From the NCBI GenBank assembly GCA_043806035.1, contig JAZDHK010000033.1:47103-111102 (forward strand): a stretch of 64,000 bases of DNA, read 5' to 3'. The position numbers and the translations under genes were made by a program. Below the pieces are notes generated by a model, which was not told the origin of the DNA, searched no databases, and worked only from the letters and a program-made list of their open reading frames with translations. This DNA comes from an archaeon (GTDB taxonomy: Archaea > Nanobdellota > Nanobdellia > Woesearchaeales > UBA9642). Below, in pieces: positions 7,986 to 17,055 of the stretch (position 1 is the stretch's first letter; the number at the start of each line of letters is the position of its first letter).

Positions 7986-9412
7986 ACGGCAGCCTTGATT
8001 TTCATTTCCTTCTTGAAGCGATCATGATTTCCATCATCGTGCTCTTCATCTTTGGTTGCGTCAATGGTGCATACCATTCGTTGACGAACGCTGACGATAG
8101 GCAGGTGAGCCTGAACAACTTCAACGCCTTAGCAACGGGCATGCAGAGTCTCGTGAACGTGCAGGACAGAGTCATGGTACAAGGCATGACCTTCTCTCTC
8201 CCTGCCAGAGTATACGTTGTCGGCTTTGACAGCGAATGGAATGAGAATGTCAAGCAGGCAGGATTGACAGATGACAGCTCCTATGAAGGTGTGCACAAGC
8301 CACAACAATGCTTGGTGAACGAGCATTCGCCAGAGGATGCTTGCTTGTGCTTGTACGAGAATGAGCAATTCGCCTACATGCACGGTAGCGAGAACAGGTT
8401 TGGAAAATTAAGTCCAGAAGAACGCATCAAGGCGTACGAAAAGCCCATCATGGCCTGCTACGTGTTCTCCTCAAAACCCGATGTGGCGGGGAGGTTTAAG
8501 CCAATAGTCTTCCTTAGCACGTGGGCAAGCAGCGACAGTCCCGTTGCAGAGAATGCAAAAAAGCCGTTCTTTGCAACAGTCCGTCCAGACCAGCCTCCGT
8601 ATGCTGGCGTCTTGGGAAGCAAGGATAACGAAGCAGGAAAATATGCATTCCTCATCTTCAAAGGCAATGACAAAACCCACACGCTCTACTACGAAAAGTA
8701 TGAGACCGACGAAAAAATTTACATTTACCTTACCACGAAAGTAGCGACACAGGACCTTTCCTTCAGAGAGTACGAACTCAAAAAACAGGCAGGATATTGC
8801 AGCGACAACAGCCATGCCAATTGTGCGGGAAAGACCATAGGAACGAGCATAGGCACGGGAAGGTATGGCAATACGCTCGACGAATGGTATGCTGTTAGTC
8901 AAGGAAGGTATGCGCAAGCAGCACCCTCTGCGGTGTGCAACGGCCGTTTCACGTGCGAACCAATATCAGAGGAGAAAGGATGCAGGATCGTCTGCCAGCC
9001 GTACTGCATAGAGCAGTGCAAAGACCAGAACTGCAAGGCAGCAGTCATCACGGAAAAGTGCGAATGCAACGGCATCAAATTTTCTGGCTACTGCGCATGC
9101 ACGCAGGACGTCACCACTGGCACGTGCCCCGCCATTGACGGCATTCCCACCCTGCTCTATCACGACCAAGTCATCCAGGGATACGGCGATGCATTGCAGC
9201 AATGCATTGCCGAACACATTGCAGACGACGCGTATGTCGAAGATCAGCTGAAGAGCATAGTGCATTATGCATCAGATGACTATGCCGACTGTAGTTTTGA
9301 GCGTCTCGATGGTGACGATGCGTTCAGTGCATGCGAGCACGATGTGTGCATGGCATCGGCGAACCCTTCCTGTGTGATTGCTGCAGAAGACAGATGCACG
9401 CCTCGACGATAA
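7982..9412 (+). CDS. Pilin-like protein with a Cys-rich C-terminal half
   Basis: MNG|SLDFHFLLEAIMISIIVLFIFG; GTGA overlap; many Cys after residue ~270. Confidence 0.68.
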   Translation: MNGSLDFHFLLEAIMISIIVLFIFGCVNGAYHSLTNADDRQVSLNNFNALATGMQSLVNVQDRVMVQGMTFSLPARVYVVGFDSEWNENVKQAGLTDDSSYEGVHKPQQCLVNEHSPEDACLCLYENEQFAYMHGSENRFGKLSPEERIKAYEKPIMACYVFSSKPDVAGRFKPIVFLSTWASSDSPVAENAKKPFFATVRPDQPPYAGVLGSKDNEAGKYAFLIFKGNDKTHTLYYEKYETDEKIYIYLTTKVATQDLSFREYELKKQAGYCSDNSHANCAGKTIGTSIGTGRYGNTLDEWYAVSQGRYAQAAPSAVCNGRFTCEPISEEKGCRIVCQPYCIEQCKDQNCKAAVITEKCECNGIKFSGYCACTQDVTTGTCPAIDGIPTLLYHDQVIQGYGDALQQCIAEHIADDAYVEDQLKSIVHYASDDYADCSFERLDGDDAFSACEHDVCMASANPSCVIAAEDRCTPRR

Positions 9413-9442
9413 ACATATAAATTGTTCTTGTTCAGTGCATGC

Positions 9443-10261
9443 GTGGTTTCGTACGAAACAAAAATAAGAACGGCAGCACGGTATGTGAAAAAACACTTGA
9501 CGAACACGCCTCGTGCAGCCATCGTCCTTGGCTCTGGACTAGGGACCCTTGTTCAGCCAGACAACGCAAAAAGCATAGCATACAAGAACATCCCCTACTT
9601 TCCGCAAACGACAGTGCCAGGCCACGAGGGAAAGCTCATCATTGGTGAGTTGGCAGGGCATGCTGTGCTGGTGTTGCGCGGCAGGAAACACTATTATGAA
9701 GTCGCCGACAAGCCGCACGGCATGCGTGCTGTTGTTTTTTCCGTGCACGTGCTTGCAGAGCTCGGCATACCGTATTTTATTGCGACGAACGCCGCAGGAG
9801 GGCTCAATACTTCCTTTGCTGTCGGTGATGTCATGCTGATTTCCTCACACATCAGCTTCCTACCCAATCCTCTAATGGGAAGGCAACTCAGTGATGTTGC
9901 AGAACGATTTGTTCCTCTGCACGATGCATATGATGAACAGCTGCGCAGCTTCGCCAGAGGCAAAGGTGTCAGAGAAGGAGTCTATCTTGCACTGTCTGGC
10001 CCGAGTTATGAGACTCCTGCAGAATGCCTTGCCTACAGGAAACTTGGCGCTGATGCCGTGGGCATGTCCACCGTCCCAGAAATTATCGCTGCAAGAAGCA
10101 GGGGCATGACGTGCTTTGCCTTTTCGTTGATCACGAACAAGATTGCAAAGAACGGCATGAACAACACCAGCCACGACGAAGTAAAGGCAGTGCTTGCTTC
10201 AGAACACACGCGAAAGCATGCGGAAGCAGTGCTGCTTTGCGTGCTTAAACGGATCGCTTGA
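9443..10261 (+). CDS. punA: Purine nucleoside phosphorylase (trimeric PunA/XapA family)
   Basis: IVLGSGLG, VPGHEG, GRKHYYE, TNAAGG, GPSYETPAE and VGMSTVPE motifs; the GTG start is chosen tentatively. Confidence 0.93.
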   Translation: MVSYETKIRTAARYVKKHLTNTPRAAIVLGSGLGTLVQPDNAKSIAYKNIPYFPQTTVPGHEGKLIIGELAGHAVLVLRGRKHYYEVADKPHGMRAVVFSVHVLAELGIPYFIATNAAGGLNTSFAVGDVMLISSHISFLPNPLMGRQLSDVAERFVPLHDAYDEQLRSFARGKGVREGVYLALSGPSYETPAECLAYRKLGADAVGMSTVPEIIAARSRGMTCFAFSLITNKIAKNGMNNTSHDEVKAVLASEHTRKHAEAVLLCVLKRIA

Positions 10262-11294
10262 TGACGAAGTCCGCAAGTGCAAGGAGCTTTTCTGGGCGTT
10301 TGAGCTGCGTGATTTCTTGCTTTGCTTCCGTCACTAATTGTTTGGCAGCATCTTGCGCAGCGATAAGCGCACGGTGCTTGAGCAGCAGGGCAACTGCCTC
10401 TTTTTTGAGTGCAGCATCAGTCGTATGCGTGCAGAGTATCTCGAGGAGTCGTTCTCTTTCTTCTGCTGTTGCTTTTTCGAGAGTGATGATGACGGGAAGG
10501 CTGAGTTTTCCTTCCGTGATGTCCTCTGCAGTGGTTTTTCCCCATGCTCGTGTGGGTTGTACGTTCATGATGTCATCCTGAATCTGGAATGCAACGCCAA
10601 TGACGTGCCCGAATTTTTCGAGAGCGGCAGTGTCATTTTTCGTCCCCCCTCCGATTATGGCACCTAGTTGTGCTGCGATGGAGGAGAGCATGCCTGTCTT
10701 GAGCATGCACATGTGCAAATATTGTTCCTTGCTTATCCTTCCCGGATGGTTGTGCCAATAAATGTCCATCGCCTGACCAAGATGCAATTTCATCGTCCCG
10801 GTGGTGACGACATCATACAGTCTGGCTCGTACGGATGCAGGGTAGCCAAGGAGGGGTTGGTATGCGAGGAAGTATAATGCATTCCCTGCATTAATGGCAA
10901 TGTCCTCACCGTACAGTTTGTGAATGGCAGGCTTACCTCTTCTCAGTTCGCTCTTGTCTTCCATGTCATCGATGATGAGGCTGCCGTTATGGATGAGTTC
11001 GACGACGGGGACGAAAGGCAAGATTTTTGGGAGCATTTCCTTTTCGTCCTTTCCCGAGACGGCGCACGCGGCCATGAGCAGGAGTGCCGGACGCCACATC
11101 TTTCCCCCTCTGTCAAGAAGGTCATAACAGGGCTTGCTAATCGCTTCCGTCAAGGCATGCGTGTCCGCTTGCGTGCCGTATTTCGGCTCGTGCAGTTGCT
11201 TGAGCCACCCTTCGGTCATTTTTCTCGGCAAGGCGTCCTCTGACGCTTTCTTGAATGCCGGACGGTACTGTTCGAGATAGGCAACGATGTCCAC
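10245..11294 (-). CDS. idsA: Polyprenyl (geranylgeranyl) diphosphate synthase
   Basis: GGKxxRP, FARM IIDDMED..RRGKP, KT and SARM FQIQDD motifs. Confidence 0.92.
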   Translation of the reverse strand: MDIVAYLEQYRPAFKKASEDALPRKMTEGWLKQLHEPKYGTQADTHALTEAISKPCYDLLDRGGKMWRPALLLMAACAVSGKDEKEMLPKILPFVPVVELIHNGSLIIDDMEDKSELRRGKPAIHKLYGEDIAINAGNALYFLAYQPLLGYPASVRARLYDVVTTGTMKLHLGQAMDIYWHNHPGRISKEQYLHMCMLKTGMLSSIAAQLGAIIGGGTKNDTAALEKFGHVIGVAFQIQDDIMNVQPTRAWGKTTAEDITEGKLSLPVIITLEKATAEERERLLEILCTHTTDAALKKEAVALLLKHRALIAAQDAAKQLVTEAKQEITQLKRPEKLLALADFVIKRSV

Positions 11295-11302
11295 AGTACG
11301 TG

Positions 11303-11752
11303 TTAAGCAAGGGGTGTTTTAAAAAGATTGTTGATAACTTGCGAATGCAAGGGATGGACGTTTTTGCTAGGGCTTTTTCGTAACCAGTGTACACTCGTGA
11401 TCTCCTCTCCAGGAGAAGGGGTGTGTTCGTCGGTGCTCACGATGAAGAAAAGCAAGGTCTTATTGAAGTATTGATTAAGATCATCTGCATAGAACAGAGC
11501 ATGTTGTTTTGCAACCAGTCGTCCTGGCGCGATTCGCAGTCCTGTTTCTTCGAAGAATTCTCTTGTGAGTGCTTCCTCGTTTGATTCACCAATTTCCCGT
11601 GTTCCTCCAGGGAATTCCCATAGTGAAGACCATTTGCATTTTACAACGAGCAGTTTATTGTTCTGTACAAGAATGCCATATACTGATGTACTCTCTTTCG
11701 GAGTTATGTTTCTTGGTAACTGATGCAGTTTTCCTCTCCTGTCAGCATACAT
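11303..11752 (-). CDS. NUDIX hydrolase
   Basis: Nudix box PGGTREIGESNEEALTREFFEETGL. Confidence 0.9.
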   Translation of the reverse strand: MYADRRGKLHQLPRNITPKESTSVYGILVQNNKLLVVKCKWSSLWEFPGGTREIGESNEEALTREFFEETGLRIAPGRLVAKQHALFYADDLNQYFNKTLLFFIVSTDEHTPSPGEEITSVHWLRKSPSKNVHPLHSQVINNLFKTPLA

Positions 11753-11818
11753 GTTTGTGCGTTTTCTTTTTTTGTTTAAAAAACAAACCTTTTTAAGACG
11801 TGTCGAATTAGCTGCAAG

Positions 11819-12085
11819 TGTAGGCTAGGCCGGGGTGTTCATCCTACCTTGTGACCGCAAACGGATGTCGGCGGGGCTGAAGCAGGAGAGAGGCTTCCTG
11901 CAGTGCAAGAAGTCTTGGTGCAACCGTCGAGGCTCTGTCCTCTTCGGCCGGCACTGTAGCCAACCGGGTCAGGGCAGGAATGCAGCAGCCCTCCGTTATG
12001 GAGTCGGTGCTTTGAGGGTCGCGGAGCGGAGGAACCATCAAGGGCACTTCTCGTTCTGTGTGCTGTCCATTTCCTGCGGCCTACA
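11819..12085 (+). ncRNA. ffs: Archaeal signal recognition particle (7S) RNA
   Basis: Terminal helix TGTAGGC...GCCTACA; Alu-like 5' part GGCTAGGCCGGGG...TGTGACC; helix-8 SRP54 site GGGTCAGGGCA-GGAA-TGCAGCAGCCC; TATA-like tttttaag upstream and a T-run downstream. Confidence 0.88.
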
Positions 12086-12100
12086 TTTTTCGGCGAGAAC

Positions 12101-12565
12101 ATGACCGATCTCCAAAAACTAATGGATTCTCGACTATTGTTTTTAACTCAAGCAGAACCCATTATTGATGCATCCCTTTTTCGTGAACGCGTGCGTTCTT
12201 TGTTGAGCAGTCCTGAACGTGGAAGATATGTGCGGCATGCGCAGGATACTGATCCGAGCAATTGCTTTGGCACGACACTGTACATTGTAGGTTCACTTCC
12301 TACTCCTCGTTTTGTGCACGGGGACAAACTGAGCAGATGTCTTGAACAAAACAGTTTATCAAAAAAGAAACCCGATAGCATCATTGCATTATTTGACGAA
12401 GAACATTTGCTGCACACTGGCGTTTATCTCGGTGATTGTGCGCAAGGGGGCGTTGTCATTCACCAACCAGATACGGGAGAGGATTATGCAGTAGACCCTC
12501 TAGAAGCAATGTGCTTTCTCTATCCTGCAACGAGGAAAGAATTCTACACGTTCAGAACTTCTTAA
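12101..12565 (+). CDS. Hypothetical protein with a papain/NlpC-P60-like Cys-His motif
   Basis: SNCFGTTLY ... LLHTGVYLG ... VIHQ spacing. Confidence 0.5.
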   Translation: MTDLQKLMDSRLLFLTQAEPIIDASLFRERVRSLLSSPERGRYVRHAQDTDPSNCFGTTLYIVGSLPTPRFVHGDKLSRCLEQNSLSKKKPDSIIALFDEEHLLHTGVYLGDCAQGGVVIHQPDTGEDYAVDPLEAMCFLYPATRKEFYTFRTS

Positions 12566-12749
12566 ACTTCGCACTCGTATCGATGAGGTCGACGTGCCCT
12601 AAGAATATTGCTCGGCAGCAGTACCGTTCAAGCCCCAACGCGTCCATGATCTTTTTGCGGTCCTCGCCTGCCTTGACCTTCTCCAAGTAGTCTTCCCAGA
12701 GGTGGCCAATGGGTTTTCCGCAACTCATGCAACGAACGGGAATGATCAT
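12552..12749 (-). CDS. rpoN: DNA-directed RNA polymerase subunit N (Rpo10)
   Basis: MIIPVRCMSCGK...RYCCR motif. Confidence 0.97.
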   Translation of the reverse strand: MIIPVRCMSCGKPIGHLWEDYLEKVKAGEDRKKIMDALGLERYCCRAIFLGHVDLIDTSAKFKKF

Positions 12750-12760
12750 GTGCTTCACCT

Positions 12761-13156
12761 CTAACGATAACTCTTCTGGGTCTTTGCCCGGGCACGTCCG
12801 TGGCTGTTTGGTTTGTGTGTTTCCTTGCGTCGGACGTCGGCGACCAGTAGTTGTCTGTCGTATTCCAAAAATGTTTCTTTGAGTTTGCTGTTGTTCTCTA
12901 CGAGTGCTCGTGCGATGGCGAGGCGTACTGCCTCTGCCTGTGAATTGTAACCGCCGCCGGTGACGTTGACGTCGATGTTCAGCTTGCTTGCCACGTCCTT
13001 GGCGAGCATGAGCGGTTCCATGATTTTTAGTTGAGACAGTGCGGGCGTGAGGTGTTCGAGGAGATTGTTGTTGATGCGTACCTTGCCCGTTCCCGGATAT
13101 GCGGTCGCTCGTGCAATGGCTCGCTTTCTTTTTCCTGAAGTGATGATGACTTTCAT
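12761..13156 (-). CDS. rps9: 30S ribosomal protein S9 (uS9)
   Basis: SGKRKRAIARA, GGG..QAEA, C-terminal QKSYR. Confidence 0.97.
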   Translation of the reverse strand: MKVIITSGKRKRAIARATAYPGTGKVRINNNLLEHLTPALSQLKIMEPLMLAKDVASKLNIDVNVTGGGYNSQAEAVRLAIARALVENNSKLKETFLEYDRQLLVADVRRKETHKPNSHGRARAKTQKSYR

Positions 13157-13578
13157 GCTTTTCCACCCATGTGCTGTGCAATCTCCCCTAAGGTGACGTA
13201 CTTGGTCTTTTTGACTTTGTTCACATCGCTGCCGGGCACCTTCACGGCATCTTTAGTGTCGGTATTTGCGGGAATGGTCACGTAGCATTTGATTCTGCGT
13301 AGGGCTGCATACCCTTTCGGCTGGTGATGAGGAAGCATGCCTCGAATAATGCGTTTCATCAACCTGTCGGGGCTTCTGATGAAGAACGGGCCTTTGCGTA
13401 TCTGACCCATGCTTGCCTTGCGCTCGTACGCTGCGAAGATGTTCTCTTTCGTTCCCGTGATGACTGCAGCCTTGCAGTTGATGACGGCAATGGTTTCTCC
13501 GAGCAGTGCCTGCTTTGCTGCAAAGCCAGCCACCCTGCCTACAATTGCGTGTTGTGCGTCGATAATCATGGTGTTCAT
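13153..13578 (-). CDS. rpl13: 50S ribosomal protein L13 (uL13)
   Basis: IIDA...GRVA, GPF..RSPD...IRGMLP. Confidence 0.97.
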   Translation of the reverse strand: MNTMIIDAQHAIVGRVAGFAAKQALLGETIAVINCKAAVITGTKENIFAAYERKASMGQIRKGPFFIRSPDRLMKRIIRGMLPHHQPKGYAALRRIKCYVTIPANTDTKDAVKVPGSDVNKVKKTKYVTLGEIAQHMGGKA

Positions 13579-13922
13579 CCGATGATGCGTATTTTTTTTC
13601 CGTCAGGGCTCTTCTTCATGAGTTCGCTGATCGTTATTGCTTTTCCTTTCTCATTGATCTTTTTCTCTGCAGTCTCCGAGAAGCTAAGTGCGGCGATGGT
13701 GACGGCATGGTCGAGGTCACCGCTGCTCAAGACTTTGCCAGGGACAACGACTGTCTCTTCGGGCGCGCTGTGGACGTTGATCCGCGAGAGGTTGACGACG
13801 CAGCGTTGGCGCGTTGGCTTCTCGAGATCAGTAGCTAGACGCTTCCACAAGTCTGCTTTTTGCTCTATCGCAAGCACTTTTAAGCCCGTGATGAGTTCCG
13901 TCAGTTGGTTGTTGTCTTTCAT
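13575..13922 (-). CDS. rpl18e: 50S ribosomal protein L18e
   Basis: VNLSRIN, VVVPGKVLS.G, FSE.A..KI. Confidence 0.97.
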   Translation of the reverse strand: MKDNNQLTELITGLKVLAIEQKADLWKRLATDLEKPTRQRCVVNLSRINVHSAPEETVVVPGKVLSSGDLDHAVTIAALSFSETAEKKINEKGKAITISELMKKSPDGKKIRIIG

Positions 13923-13929
13923 GTTCTAT

Positions 13930-14015
13930 TGCGGGGGACGGGATTCGAACCCGCGCAGCCACTAAGGCATACGGCCCTCAACCGTACTCTTTTGACCAGA
14001 CTCGGACACCCCCGC
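13930..14015 (-). tRNA. tRNA-Leu(GAG)
   Basis: GCGGGGG acceptor stem, anticodon arm TACGG-TTGAGGG-CCGTA, long variable arm, GGTTCGAATCC; conserved position between rpoD and rpl18e. Confidence 0.95.
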
Positions 14016-14021
14016 AGGGTA

Positions 14022-14639
14022 TCATTCCTTATCAAGGTCTTTACTGAGCTCTATGACTGTGTCGAGCTGCTCGTCGAACATCTTGAGTGCTGCGAGCAGG
14101 ATGTCTTTCGCGGGAAGCTGTCCCCATGATTCGAGGGTGAACGTGTACGTGGTGCCTTGCTGCGTGTACCAGGCAAGTCCAGAGTCCCATTTTGCGTGTG
14201 TTTTTCCCTTGCCGAGAATGGCAATGGCTTCGAACTGCAGTTCTTGATCATCAAGGAGTTTAACAATTGGCGTTTTTGGATAAACGGGCTTGATTGCAGG
14301 ATCCTTGCTCTTCAGATCCTTCGCATACACCGTCCCCGGTCCTTTTGCTGAAAGCACGAACTTGACCATGGCGTTGTTGACGAACTCATCCCCTTTATGA
14401 TCAACGGGAAGCAATTGGTAGCCTTTCAAGTCAGTAGTGAGTGCGAGCAGGCCGACACGATGTGCAATAATCTCATCATACAGGATGCTGCTGTTCTTTT
14501 TCATCTCAACATCATCTATAGCCATGACAGGAACTTCCTTCGTCGCGAGACGTCTCAGCGCATTCATGTATGATGGGGTGGCATCAGTAATGGTGAACGT
14601 TATTTTTTCAGGAGTCCCTTTCACAAGTTCTGCTTTCAT
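14022..14639 (-). CDS. rpoD: DNA-directed RNA polymerase subunit D (Rpo3), short form without the Fe-S domain
   Basis: NALRR...[27 protein letters not shown]. Confidence 0.96.
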   Translation of the reverse strand: MKAELVKGTPEKITFTITDATPSYMNALRRLATKEVPVMAIDDVEMKKNSSILYDEIIAHRVGLLALTTDLKGYQLLPVDHKGDEFVNNAMVKFVLSAKGPGTVYAKDLKSKDPAIKPVYPKTPIVKLLDDQELQFEAIAILGKGKTHAKWDSGLAWYTQQGTTYTFTLESWGQLPAKDILLAALKMFDEQLDTVIELSKDLDKE

Positions 14640-15055
14640 ACGCGTCTGCCCCGTTTTCCTTTGCTTTTTCTGCACGTATCGTGCGGTGCAGGAGTCACTT
14701 CTTCAATACTACCTATACGCAAACCCATCCTGGAAAGGCTCCTGACCGCTGCCTGCGCTCCAGGACCAGGATTGTGCGGGCCGTTCTGACCACCTGGCGC
14801 TTTGATCTTGACGTGGATACCCATGATGCCTTTTTCCAGAGCAATTTCGCCAGCCTTCTTTGCTGCATTCATGGCGGCGACAGGAGAACTCTCAAGCCTG
14901 TCCGCCTTGACAACTTGCCCGCCGCTCGTCCGCGCTATGCTCTCCGTCCCAGTTATATCTGTGATGTGGATGATGGTGTTATTGTAACTTGAGTAAATAT
15001 GGCATATGCCCCACCTGCCGCCTTCTGCCCTTTGGAACGACTGTTGCGGCCTCAT
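14636..15055 (-). CDS. rps11: 30S ribosomal protein S11 (uS11)
   Basis: [28 protein letters not shown]. Confidence 0.97.
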   Translation of the reverse strand: MRPQQSFQRAEGGRWGICHIYSSYNNTIIHITDITGTESIARTSGGQVVKADRLESSPVAAMNAAKKAGEIALEKGIMGIHVKIKAPGGQNGPHNPGPGAQAAVRSLSRMGLRIGSIEEVTPAPHDTCRKSKGKRGRRV

Positions 15056-15672
15056 GTTCTTCTCCTCCTCTTGCCTGGCCGTTTCTTTGGCATGCTCTCT
15101 TCCTTCTTTTTTGCCACTTGTTCCTGGGCTTCCAACGTGTTCTTCTGCACGAGTTCTGACTTGTTGGAGCGTTCAGGGTGGTCTTCGCGAGTGAACGGGC
15201 TCGTGGTCATGAATTGCAGGGAATGCTCTTCGTCTGTCCTGACGAGATAACTTGGCGAGGTTGTCTTGTTGCCATTGATGAGGATGTGGCCGTGCGTGAT
15301 GAACTGCCGTGCTTGTTTCATGCTCCTCGCGAGTCCTTTTCTGAAGACGAGGGTTTGCAGTCTGCGTTCCATGACGTCCTTGAGTGCGATGCCCAATGCG
15401 TCATCGACTTCTTGTTCTTGCTGCAATAATCCTAGAGAAACGAGTTTTTGCTTGAGTTGCGCAGTTTCTTTTTCTGCCTGGCTGCCCGTTAGTGGCGTGA
15501 GTTTCTTGACCTGGTCCTTGATTCGTTTGAGGATGGTGGCCATCTTGTAGAGTTCTGTCTTGTTAACCGTTCCATAGGTGCGTGCAATACTCCTTTCTTC
15601 CTCGATGCGCGCCTTGTTCCACGGGTGCATCGGTGTTTCGTACTTCTTCTTTGGTTTTTTTGCATGACCCAT
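15052..15672 (-). CDS. rps4: 30S ribosomal protein S4 (uS4)
   Basis: [21 protein letters not shown]. Confidence 0.97.
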   Translation of the reverse strand: MGHAKKPKKKYETPMHPWNKARIEEERSIARTYGTVNKTELYKMATILKRIKDQVKKLTPLTGSQAEKETAQLKQKLVSLGLLQQEQEVDDALGIALKDVMERRLQTLVFRKGLARSMKQARQFITHGHILINGNKTTSPSYLVRTDEEHSLQFMTTSPFTREDHPERSNKSELVQKNTLEAQEQVAKKKEESMPKKRPGKRRRRT

Positions 15673-15674
15673 GA

Positions 15675-16169
15675 TTACTTACGCTCCATGCCTCTCCTTT
15701 TGCCGCCTATGCCTTGCACTTTTCCTTTGTTTCTTCTGAAATTGGATTTTGTCCTCTGACCCCGGACAGGCAGTCCCCACTGGTGCCTGAGTCCTTTGTA
15801 TGATTTTATCTTCTTCATGCGTTTCATATCATTGTCCTTGGTAAAATCAAGGTCTGCAGTGATAAGGTGCATGTTTTCTCCTGTTTCGTAGTCCATGCGC
15901 CTGTTGAGCATCCATGTGGGTATGCCGTTTTGCAATGGCTTTTTGATGATGGTTTCTAGTTTGTCCACATCTTCCTGCGTGAGCGTTCCTGTCTTTTTCG
16001 TCTTGGAAATGCCCGAGATGGTGCAGATTGCATTGGCGTACATGACGCTGATGCCTTTAATCTTCTGCAAGGCTTGCAGTAGCGGCTTTTCACCTATAAG
16101 ATCGGTATTCACGACTCTGACAAGGTGCCGCACTTCTTGCTTTACGTCCTGTTTTGCTTCTGGTGCCAT
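15675..16169 (-). CDS. rps13: 30S ribosomal protein S13 (uS13)
   Basis: IKGI, W.LNRR.D, YKGLRH..GLPVRGQRTKSN. Confidence 0.97.
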   Translation of the reverse strand: MAPEAKQDVKQEVRHLVRVVNTDLIGEKPLLQALQKIKGISVMYANAICTISGISKTKKTGTLTQEDVDKLETIIKKPLQNGIPTWMLNRRMDYETGENMHLITADLDFTKDNDMKRMKKIKSYKGLRHQWGLPVRGQRTKSNFRRNKGKVQGIGGKRRGMERK

Positions 16170-16275
16170 GGTAATATCGCTCGAGAATCACACAGCCCTA
16201 TACTACGCGTGAACTCGGGCTTTTTTGGAAAGAATGCCGAACCATTTATAAAGCTTCTGGTCGCTCTTTTATGGC

Positions 16276-17055
16276 ATGGTTGTGGAAAAGACGGAAGAGA
16301 CACCACCTTTACGCGAATGTGTAGAGATGGACCAGCACTTCATGCGCGACAAAGAACTGCTCAAACGCATTGCAAGTGCCGTTGCCATTTCAGGGAAGGA
16401 CGTCATAGAAGTTGGTTTCGGACACGGTGAGCTCACTGGGGAATTGCTAAAAAAAAAGCCAGCGAGACTGCTTGCCATAGAAAAAGAGCAGTCGTTCAAA
16501 CTCACTTCTGCCGTCTCTGATAATCCTTTGCTGGTAGTGCAGTATGGCAATGCCTTGCAAGTACTTAAAACAATGCATGCAGACGTACTCATCGGAAACA
16601 TCCCGTACGGCATCAGCGAGCCGTTGCTCAAAGTGTGCATCAAGCATCCATTCCCCGGCATTGTGCTCGTCACCAGTCATGCATTCGCAGAAGGGCTCGT
16701 GCACGGATCTTCCAAGACTGCATTGCTCGCCCGTGCCGTGTATGCGTGCGAAATAGCGTTCACCATTTCTCCTGATGCGTTCTATCCTCGACCTCACACG
16801 AGGTCTGCATTGCTGGTCTTGCATAAGAAGAATGAGCAAATGAAACTGGATGTGGTGCTTGAGCGTATGGCCTGTCGTGATGCCAAGAAAATACTGCCGG
16901 CAGTGCAGGATGCGGCGCGAGAATTCTTGACGAAAAAACAAGTCAAGGAATTGCTGCGCGTGCTGCCAGAGCGATTGCTGCAGAAATCGCTGTCACAGTT
17001 GACGAACGAGGAGTTTCTTCTCTTGCATGCCGTGTTAGAAAAAAAGTTAGGCTAG
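16276..17055 (+). CDS. rsmA: 16S rRNA m6,2A dimethyltransferase (KsgA/Dim1 family), divergent
   Basis: DQHF, EVGFGHGELT, GNIPYGIS and F.P.P...S motifs. Confidence 0.85.
   Translation: MVVEKTEETPPLRECVEMDQHFMRDKELLKRIASAVAISGKDVIEVGFGHGELTGELLKKKPARLLAIEKEQSFKLTSAVSDNPLLVVQYGNALQVLKTMHADVLIGNIPYGISEPLLKVCIKHPFPGIVLVTSHAFAEGLVHGSSKTALLARAVYACEIAFTISPDAFYPRPHTRSALLVLHKKNEQMKLDVVLERMACRDAKKILPAVQDAAREFLTKKQVKELLRVLPERLLQKSLSQLTNEEFLLLHAVLEKKLG

Noticed and set aside
11835-12104. Three overlapping 67-89 aa ORFs on both strands
   Set aside because: They overlie the SRP RNA and show no protein motifs.
12552-13181. 209-aa ORF suggesting an N-terminally extended Rpo10
   Set aside because: The extension is an alternative frame over rps9. 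The real gene starts at 12749 after a GAGGTGA site.
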